64,000 nucleotides of DNA from the NCBI RefSeq assembly GCF_009914755.1, contig NC_060925.1. One strand, given 5' to 3'. The translations under genes were made by a program, and so were the position numbers. The notes below the pieces were generated by a model, which saw nothing but the letters and a program-made list of their open reading frames with translations, had not been told where the DNA came from and did not search any database. The first letter of the stretch is position 1. Each line of letters starts with the position of its first letter. Positions 54,750 to 64,000 of this stretch are shown piece after piece. The stretch comes from the human T2T-CHM13v2.0 reference genome, Homo sapiens.

Positions 54750-55397
54750 CTCACTTATAAATAAATGAAACAGCAACAATCTAGCTTCAAGTTACATAAT
54801 ACAAATGTGTAAATGAAAGTAACACAACAAGCCTGAAAGCAAAAAGATGGGCATAGAACACTTCAAATAAATTTATTCAAAATAAAAACAAAATTAGGAT
54901 ATTAGTAGGTACTAGGAAACCAAGGCTAATAGCAAAATAAATAATAAAATTAAAAATGATAAAGATGTTTTAAAAAATCATGAAGTCAATATTTTGGTAA
55001 AGTTAAGACACACAAAATTATATCAATATTTATAAACTGCAGATAGATTTCAGATTGAGTTTCTAAAAATAATGGAAGAAAATGTACAGAATATTTTGTT
55101 GCTTAGAATGTAAAATGTACTTTTTAAGCATGATTCTAAAACCAGAAGACCAAAGAATATATTTAATCTACTAATGAAAGAAGTTTACATTTTATAAGAA
55201 TATAATGAAATTATTCACATCTCTGGTGAGCAAAGATTCAAATGTTTGAAATTAAATTCTACTTATGAGAGCACAGGGAAAAAGGAACCCATATTTTATT
55301 GTGTTATAATAAGTGGCTGCAACTTTTCGGAGGACAGTTTGCCAGTATTTGAATTACCAGTTTCACTGCTTGCAATTGACACTACTGCTATAGTCAC

Positions 55398-55870
55398 CGA
55401 TGGTATGCTGAAAAATGTCCTCCCGAGATATCCACAGCCTAATCCCTGGAAACTGTGAATATTAATTTATTTAGTAAAAGGGACTTTGCAAATACAATTA
55501 AATTAAAGGATCTTGAGATGGGAGATTATCATGGAATATCTGGATGGGTCCTAAATTTACTCAGAATTTAACATGCAGGCAGAAGGAGATTTGGCCAAAG
55601 AAGTGGAGAAGGAGATGTGATTATGGAGGTAGAGATTGGAGTGATGCAGCCATGAGTTAAGGAGTGTGGGGACTTCCAGAATCTGAAATAAGCAAACAAT
55701 GGAGTCCCCTGCCAAAGTTCTGCTGGTATCTTAATTCCAGCCCCATAAAACTTTGTTCAAGATTCTGGGCTCCAGAACTTTAAGAGAATAAATTACTGTT
55801 TTTTGTTTTTTTTTTTTTAAACTACTAAATTTGTGATAATCTGTTACAGCCTAAATAGGAAATTAATACA
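55398..55870 (+). mobile_element. MLT1C/D-like solo LTR
   Basis: cctaatccctggaaactgtgaatat...aaaagggactttgca...ggatcttgagatgggagattatc ... ataggaaattaataca. Confidence 0.85.
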
Positions 55871-56108
55871 TAATCCAAAATCTTAAAGATTCAAAAGCAA
55901 AACTTATCTTATTGAGTGTTTAAGAAAAATCCAGAACAAACTAGATATCTATCAAGAGAAAACCAACGAACAGAAAATTAGTGAAATCAAAGCTGGCTTC
56001 TTGAGATCAGTTGAAATTCATAAAACTCTAGCAAGACTGATCAGCAAAAAAATAAAAAAAAGGAAGTTATAAGACACAACTTACCAATATTAGAAGTGAC
56101 AGAGGTAA

Positions 56109-57423
56109 TGAGAGGTGACAGCGTGCTGGCAGTCCTCACAGCCCTTGCTCGCTCTCGGCGCCTCCTCTGCCTGGGCTCCCACTTTGGCGGCACTTGAAGA
56201 GCCCTTCAGCCCGCCACTGCACCGTGGGAGCCCCTTTCTGGGCTGGCCAAGGCCGGAGCCGGCTCCCTCAGCTTGCGGGGAGGTGTGGAGGGAGAGGCGC
56301 GGGCGGGAACCCGGGCTGCGCGCGGTGCTTGCAGGCCAGCGCGAGTTCCGGGTGGGCGTGGGCTCGGCGGGCCCCGCACTCGGAGCGGCCGGCCGGCACT
56401 GCCGGCCCGGGCCGTGAGGGGCTTAGCACCTGGGCCAGCAGCTGCTGTGCTCAATTTCTTGCCGGGCCTTAGCTGCCTTCCCGCGGGGCAGGGCTCGGGA
56501 CCTACAGCCCGCCATGCCTGAGCCTCCCCCAGCCTCCGTGGGCTCCTGTGCAGCCCGAGCCTCCCTGAGGAGCGCCGCCCCCTGCTCAACGGCGCGCAGT
56601 CCCATCGACCACCCAAGGGCTGAGGAGTGCCGGCGCACAGCACGGGACTGGCAGGCAGCTCCACCTGCGGCCCGGTGTGGGGATCCACCAGGTGAAGCCA
56701 GCTGGGCTCCTGAGTCTGGTGGGGATTTGGAGAGCCTTTATGTCTAGCTAAGGGGTTATAAATGTGTCTAGCTCAAGGTTTGTAAACACACCAATCAGCA
56801 CCCTGTGTCTAGCTCAGGGTTTGTGAATGCACAAATCGATACTCTGTATCTAGCTAATCTGATGGGGACTTGGAGAACCTTTGTGTCTAGCTCAGGGATT
56901 GTAAACGCACCAATCAGCGCCCTGTCAAAACAGACCACTCGGCTCTACTAATCAGCAGGATGTGGGTGGAGCCAGATAAGAGAATAAAAGCAGGCTGCCC
57001 CAGCAGTGGCAACCCGCTGGGATCCCCTTCCACACTGTGGAAGCTTTGTTCTTTCTCTCTTTGCAATAAATCTTGCTGCTGCTCACTCTTTGGGTCCACA
57101 CTGCCTTTATGAGCTGTAACACTCACCGCGAAGGTCTGCAACTTCACTCCTGACGCCAGCGAGACCACGAACCCACCGGGAGGAGCAACAACTCCAGATG
57201 CGCCGCGTTAAGAGCTGTAACACTCCCCGCGAAGGTCCCCAGCTTCACTCCTGAGCCAGCGAGACCACGAACCCACCAGAAGGAAGAAACTCCGAACACA
57301 TCCAAACATCAGAAGGAACAAACTCTGGACACGCCGCCTTTAAGAACTGTAACACTCACTGCGAGGGTCCGCGGCTTCATTCTTGAGGTCAGTGAAACCA
57401 AGAACCCACCAATTACGGACACA
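56109..57423 (+). mobile_element. LTR12C (ERV9) solo LTR, 1315 bp
   Basis: tgagaggtgacagcgtgctggcagtcctcacagccc ... aagaacccaccaattacggacaca. Perfect 4-bp TSD gtaa. tgtctagct enhancer repeats and three U5 repeats (ctgtaacactc...cgag/aggtc). Confidence 0.96.
56740..57070 (+). promoter_or_regulatory. LTR12C U3 enhancer/core promoter and poly(A) signal
   Basis: CCAAT at 56791 and 56910, AGATAA at 56974, TATA-like AATAAAA at 56983, AATAAA at 57065. Upstream CpG-dense block ~56110-56680. Activity not shown. Confidence 0.6.
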
Positions 57424-57742
57424 GTAACATTGCTAATTACTACAGAATATACTGATATTAAGTGAATAAAAGGGAATATTATGAACAAATTTATCCCCAT
57501 AAATTCAACTCAGATGAAATGAATCAATTCCTTAAAAAATAAAAATCATCAAAGCTCTCTCCTGAATAAATATATTCCCTGAGTAACACTATCTCTATTA
57601 AGGGAATTGCAATTATAATAAACAACAAAAACTTTCCCTAAAAAAATTCCTTGTACAGATTGCAGATGGCTTCACTGATTAATTTTGTCACACTTAAAGC
57701 CTAACACCAATTCCACAAAAACTCTCCCAGTAAACAAAAATA

Positions 57743-58275
57743 TCTTTCTGAGTATTGTACCTGATGTCCCATGTATTAAGGTATCTCTTCTTCCTGGCTG
57801 ATGAGTACATAGTATCTCTAAGCCACGTGTGAGCTTTGGTAATTGTTTGGTCTGCTGGTTTTTGATGATTCTTTTCCTAGCCCTGTGGAGGTTCCCACCA
57901 TGGATGTTCAGGTGCATGCTTAGCCAGAAATGTGAAGGGTACCTCTACAGATCTGTAAAATTCTCTTTACCGCTTCCTTCTACTCAAACTAGACTTGCAA
58001 TCTCTGACTCCATAACTCAGCAGGACTTTGAGACTTCCCTTTAAGTTCTTCCTCCTTCCACTATGTCTTGGAACCTACTTCCAGCCAGAGCACTAGAGCT
58101 ATTAGGGACTTACCCTAGCTGATTTTTCTTTCCTCAGAGATCACAGCCCTTATGGAGCCTATTGTACAATGTCTGAAAGAGTGTTGTTTTGAAATATTTT
58201 CTCTGCTTTTCTAGTTTACAGTAGGAGTTCAATTTCTATAACAGTTAATGCTTCATGGGCCAAAGCAGAAATTTC
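57743..58275 (-). mobile_element. Ancient L1M 5'-end fragment
   Basis: ctttctgagtattgtacctgatgtccc...gatcacagccctt...tgtacaatgtctgaaa...cttcatgggccaaagcagaaatt, resembling old L1M 5'UTRs. Confidence 0.55.
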
Positions 58276-59539
58276 ATTAAGTTTTAAGAAATTAAGGTTG
58301 GGGAGTCAAGAACCATGACAAAGGTACATTAGCCTTTTATTTAGGTTGTCATGGATTTAAGAGACCACTTTTGAGAGATAATTTAGTCTCAAAGTTCTAG
58401 AGAATGATATTCTCTAGAGATGCTATTCATTGAGTAATGAGGAAAGCCCATGTTAAAGCTGAACTTATCGGGTAAGGCTATACTGAAAGCCATCCAAATG
58501 CTTTAACTAGACTACACAATTTCTGAATTTTAAATATTTCTGTAAATCTATTAAAATATACAATTAGAGACTTAATAAACAGGCTAAATGAATTTTGTAC
58601 TGATGGAATATCTATCATATGGATGTTTATTTTATAGTAAAATAATTTTAATTATAAAAATAATAACAAATATTCAACTAAAGGAATAGACATCACAGCT
58701 ATTTTCAAATATGTTATAGCAGGAGGTTCTATATATTTTATTATATCCTAGATTGAAACTACTTTAAAAGGTAAAGTATAAATAGAAGCTTTTTAAGGGT
58801 AGTGTTCTCACAGCACCAATTTTGTAAGCATTTTGTATCCATTGTACTGACTGAGTTGCACTGTTTTAGTATTCAGAGCTGTAAGTTTTATTCTATTTAT
58901 CTTCCTGAGAAAATTCTCTGTGCTAAATGGCTTTTACATATAGCCCTAAGTTAGAAACAGCAGTTATAAATACTATCAGTCACAAGGAGTACAAAGAGCC
59001 TTCCTTTCTACAAGAATGCCATCTTGGGATCACTTACTATTAGGAACAAAGAATCTTTATATAACATTTGGAAGTACCTAGCCACAGAATGATCTTAATT
59101 CAACTCATTCCTATCTATCTACCTATCTATTGATCAACTTATTTATCTATCTACCTTTTTATATATGTACATCATTTTTTCTGGAGTATTTAATAGCATA
59201 CCCTATATATTGTACAATTCCACCTACAACATTTTAGTGTGTGTTTCTAGTAGATATATATATTTTTTCAAAATAGAAACCACAGTACCATTTTCACACC
59301 TTGCAAAAATAAACAATTTTTAATATAATCTGATATTTCTCTAATTATGTATTAAAATACTATTTTCAGTTCTTTAATAAAATAAAGTCGATTTATGGCA
59401 TTTGTTGATTTTTTTCAAAGTCACTTTTAATCTCTAACAGTGTTCACATTTGGTGGGGTGCAGGGGTTCAGACCCTTGCTTTAATAATATAAAAAATATC
59501 TAAAATCACTGCACTGCAGTACCTAAAAACCTTTGTTGT

Positions 59540-61333
59540 TATTTTTATTTTTTATCGTTTGAAATTCCTTCAGTGAGAAAAAGCTGTATGTATTTAATTT
59601 ATATATGTCCACAAATTTGGGGATAGGTATACCTCTGTGAATCCATCAGAACTATCAAGGCCACAAATATATCCATCATCTCCCAGTGTTTCGTCCAACC
59701 CTACTTATTACTATTATTATTATTTCATTATTTTGTATGTGTGCATGAATGTGTGTGTATTAGGAACACTTAACATAAGATCTACACTCTCAGCAATTAT
59801 TAAGTATACAATACACTATTGCTGGCAATATGCAGTTTGCAGTATACTAGTTGTCCAGAACTAATCTGGCATAGCTGAAACTGTTTACACTTTAGCCATC
59901 ACTCCCCAATTTCTTCCTGCCTCATCTAGCAACCACCATTCTACTCTCTACATCTATGAATTGGACTATTTTAGATTCTACATATAAATGAGATATTTAT
60001 TTGTCTTTCTGTGTCTGGCTTATTTCACATAACATACTGCCCTCTGGGTACACCCATGTTGTCACAAATGGCTGGATTTCCTTCTATTTTTAAAGGCTGA
60101 ATAATATTCCACTCTAGGCATATACTGCAACTATTTATTCATTAATTCTTTGGTGGACACTTCGATTGTTTCTATGACTTGGCTGTTGGGAATAATGCTG
60201 CAATGAACATAGTAGTGCAGATATATCTTTGATTCTGATTTTGATTCCTTTGGGTATATACCTGGCAGTGGGGTTACTGGATCATGTGGTCATTCTACTT
60301 TTAGTTTTTTGATGACCTTCCATACTGTTTTCCATAGCTTCTACACCATTTTACATTCCTACCAACAGTGTTCAAGCGTTTCCTTTTGCCCACACCCTCC
60401 CTAATACTTGTTATCTTTTGTTTTTGTAGGAATAGCCACCCAATCAAGTGTGAGGTAATATCTAATTCTGGTTTTAATTTGAGTATCTCAAATGATTAAA
60501 ATTTTGAGCAACGTTTAATATACCTATTGAAACTTATATGTCTTTTTTTGGAGAAATGTCTATTAGGTTCTTCGCCCAAATTTTAATTGGTTTATTTGAT
60601 TTGCATACTTAACTATTGAGTTGTAGGAGTTTCTTATACATTTTAGATATTAACCCCTTATCAGATATATGGTTTGCAAATATGTTCTCCTATTCCATAA
60701 GTTGCCTTTTTATTTTGTTGATTGTTTTCTTTGCTATGGAGAATTTTTTGTTTGTTAGTTTGTTTGTTTTTAGTTTAATGTAGTCCCATGTGTTTATTCC
60801 TGCTTTTGTTGCCTATGCTTTTGGTTTCATATCCAAAAAAAATCATTGCCAATGCCATTGTCAAGGAGCTTACTTCCTACATTGCCTTTTGGAAGTTTTA
60901 TTGTTTCAAGTTTTAAAATAATTCTTTAATTCTTTTGAGCCGATTTTTGTGTATGACATATAATAAGGGTCCAATTTAATTCTTTTGCTTGGGGCTATTC
61001 AGTTTTCCTAACACCATTTTTGAAAAGACTATTCTTTTCCAGTCGTGTATTCTTGGTGCATTGTCAAGAATGTGTTGACTGTATTTCCGGGCTCTCTATT
61101 CTGTTCTGTTGGTTGATATATTTGCTTTTATACTACTACCATACTGTTTTGAATACTACAATGTTGTAACATAATTTGAAATCAGGGAATGTGGTGCCTC
61201 CAGACCTGTTCTTGCTTAAGATTGCTTTGGCTATTTGGGATCTTGCATATTTCCACATGAATTTTAGAATTGCCCTTTCTATTTCTGTAAAATTGCTGTT
61301 AGAATTTTGATGGGGAATGCATAGATTTCTAAT
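59540..61333 (-). mobile_element. L1MA10/L1MB-like 3' portion, within older L1ME remnants (~59150-59440, ~61340-61505)
   Basis: gaacacttaacataagatctacactctc (3'UTR), ggctgaataatattcc, ORF2 peptide ILKFMWK...IAKAILSKNRSGG..PDFKL.Y. Confidence 0.85.
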
Positions 61334-62159
61334 AGCATTCTCTTTTAAAGACATTTATATTTTGCAGGAACTTCCCTATAGGATTTTCCACATTCTAGAT
61401 TTGACTGACTATATCTTCATAGTGTTTGCCAAACAGATTCTTCTATGTATAATATTTTTCAAAAACTGCTATGACTCACAGATCTAAAGGCTTGATGGGA
61501 TTCAGAAAAGTAATATTTATAAAAATAATATTTATAACAATGTTATAAAATTCCGTTCAATTCATCACCCTAAAAGACACTCAGTACTCGCCACATAATG
61601 AATTTCTGAGCCTTGAGAAAGAGAAACAATACTTATCTAGTTGGCTTCATGGGTAATCAGGTATTGTAGATGTCAACAATAATAACCACAGCAATAGCAA
61701 AATCTTATCCCAAATTTCTAAACTGGTGATTTAGCTTTAACATATTTAAATTAAAAATGTAGATAAAATATGTGTGCTTCAGCTAGTACTCAACATTAAA
61801 CAAGATACAACCTCATTACCATCCCTAGAGTCACATGATACTCATTTAGTTTTTTCTATTAGCATAATACTTTGACTATAAAATCTATATATTTAATAAA
61901 GAATCATTTTATAATGCATGCTATAAAAGAATCCTCAAGTATTAGTTGTAAATTTAATCTCAAATATTTTAATCTTGACTTCCACCTGATTAAACATTCA
62001 CACTGTTGAATTTGAAAAATATTCCAACTATTGTGTATGGCACTATCACACTATGAGAGAGCAAAGAATGTGGTGATCTCTTTCTCCAAAGACCTTATTA
62101 TCCAATGTGTGAATATGCATGTGGCAGTGAGTATGTATATTATGTAGAGTGAAAAGAAC

Positions 62160-62380
62160 TAATTGTCATTAATATGTCAGGCATGATATTAACTGTGTCA
62201 TAACGTTTGTTCTATTAAAGTGAAATCTTAAGAGGGTATTATATCATATTTATAATATATAAAATGAAAAATCAGTAAAGATATTTTCCCCAAGTACTGA
62301 GATCTAGTAAAGTATGAACTTGGAATATGACCCTGGTATGTGATTCCAAAATCCATAGTATTTCACCTGTATCATGCTAT
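62160..62380 (-). mobile_element. MIR SINE
   Basis: atgtcaggcatgatatt...ttttccccaag...tctagtaaagtatgaacttggaatatgaccctggtatgtgattccaaaatcc. Confidence 0.6.
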
Positions 62381-64000
62381 CTTACGAGGTAATGCTTGAC
62401 AGTCTTATTATATACACATATATACATACATGTTTATATTTGCATATGCAATTATATATACAACTATACTATGTTATATATGACTAAATACCACTAGGAG
62501 TAGCTCAAATATTTACCTTTGGTAGAAATCAGGCAGGTCATATGAATGCCTAGGAAAGGAAACAGGAAAAAATCTTTACCCTGCAAGATCAAGTTATTCA
62601 TTTAACAAATACTTACCAAGAGCTTTAATTGGACAGGCTTCATTCCAGAAACTTGATGTATATACTAGAGGGAAGGTTGGCAAGAGTTCTCTTCTCCTCC
62701 TATTCATTTATACAAAACAAGCAAGAGTGTAACAAATTGAGTAGAAGTATAGGTTCAGGCAAGAGAAAGAACATTAAATGAGGACAGCAATAGTGGTCAT
62801 TTAGAGCAGCTTCAGAGGTTTTGAAGAGGATGGCTAGTCTACAGTGAAGGTATATTACTGGGAGAAGTAGAGGAATATTAATAGTACATTATGCAAGGGA
62901 TAAAGGTGGGGAGTAGGTTAGGAGAAATGAAATGCATACAGAAATTTGGCTTAATGTTTTAGTCATGAAAGCTCTCATGGGACCACCACTTGCACATTTT
63001 CTCTCCGCGCAAAAGTACACTGGGAAGTCTCCACACTTACACAGTTCAAAGAAAGAATTTTGAGATATTAATCTTTGTTTTTTTCACATTCACTTATGCA
63101 GAGAATTAGACTTGTGAGAGCAGGAATTTAATGTAAAAGAAAGGTAATATTTTACTTTTGACTTCCAAAACAGACTCTTGAATCCTCTATAAAAATAAAA
63201 AATTGTGAGTCCATTTTTGTTTTGTTTGGTAAAAATAAGATATGCTTTAGAGCATAAGATTCTTTATAAAAGGGCAGAATTTAAATGTTTAACAAAATAT
63301 TACAAAGAAATGAGAGGAAAACTGACGCAGACCCACCCTCTCTGGACAAAGTTTATGTGATCAGGAGGAGAGGGGGAAACTGAATGGGGTGTGAATATAT
63401 AAAAAGTAGGAAGGGGCTAAGACAAGGAAACTGGGACAGGAGATCATAATAGAGAAAATTTGAGGAAATTCATGTGAAAAACTGTGCACAGCAAAATCTG
63501 TCCAACTATATGCAGCATTCGTGTATCAAAGTCAGTATAAAGGCAGGGCCCAGAACCAGGTACTATGTACCACCAGGTCAAGGCACCTACGTGGGAGACA
63601 AGCTGATGATGGCAGTCACTATCACCATTCCAATGACCATCACACATTACCTGTGCTAACATTAACTATGTTCACTACTGTTTGATGAGACATTTCTATG
63701 TTGTTCCTAAGTATCATCAGAGGAATTGTCCTGCAGAGGTGAAATCTACTCATGCCTGGAGACTTAGCTGAGATTAAGTGAACTTCTCCAAGTGGAAATT
63801 CTCTTCTCAGTGGTCTCTCAGCCTTGTAAAAGTGTGTAGGTTCCATGACACTCAGTGAAGTTCTGGTTGTAAGGGAAGGAAAGGTCTCTGGTAGTCCCTG
63901 CTTTTAGGTAATACTGGTCAGCCCTGAAACCCACTCCAGTTACAAATGTCAATCAGTCACTGTCTGGCCAGTCTGTCACTGCCCACTGACCTTTATGTAT

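Larger units (their letters stand above)
55960..57742 (+). mobile_element. Old L1 ORF2 fragment split by LTR12C
   Basis: gaaatcaaagctggcttcttgag...taaaactctagcaagactgatc before the LTR; gggaatattatgaacaa...gatgaaatgaatcaattcctt...gatggcttcactg after it. Confidence 0.75.

Noticed and set aside
56115-56747. GC-rich multi-frame ORFs and CpG island resembling a gene's first exon
   Set aside because: Entirely within LTR12C U3, bounded by a TSD. Stop-codon scarcity reflects GC content.
57110-57400. Regularly spaced direct repeats resembling a CRISPR-like array
   Set aside because: These are the standard ERV9/LTR12 U5 tandem repeats. The sequence is eukaryotic, with no unique spacers or cas genes.

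Overview
Primate genomic DNA, most likely human: it carries an Alu with the AluYa5 diagnostic bases. The window is AT-rich and dominated by transposable elements, so it looks like a gene desert or a deep intron. I find no credible protein-coding gene, RNA gene or CRISPR array. The supplied ORFs are decayed L1, Alu, MaLR or LTR12 sequence, low-complexity DNA, or chance frames. Layout: (i) 1.7-10.6 kb is a near-full-length old L1 (L1MA2/3-type, minus) hosting a younger twin-primed L1PA8-like insertion. (ii) 13.2-14.9 kb is a second 5'-inverted L1 carrying a ~263-bp copy of nearby flanking DNA. (iii) 16.8-27.6 kb is a dense, nested pile of ERV1/MaLR LTRs. (iv) 28-52 kb is L2/MIR/MLT1 background with about 8 Alus or Alu remnants plus MER6, Tigger1, MER2, MER21 and an LTR-int-LTR MLT1. 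(v) 52-61 kb holds a complete THE1D provirus, a CpG-rich solo LTR12C and old L1 pieces. I do not see a new multi-gene system. The best leads are DNA-repair and template-switch scars, a young AluYa5, an LTR12C with a mutated core promoter, an L2 tail-to-tail hairpin and an unassigned decayed envelope-like stretch at the right edge. Subfamily names come from my recall of consensus sequences and need RepeatMasker/Dfam confirmation.
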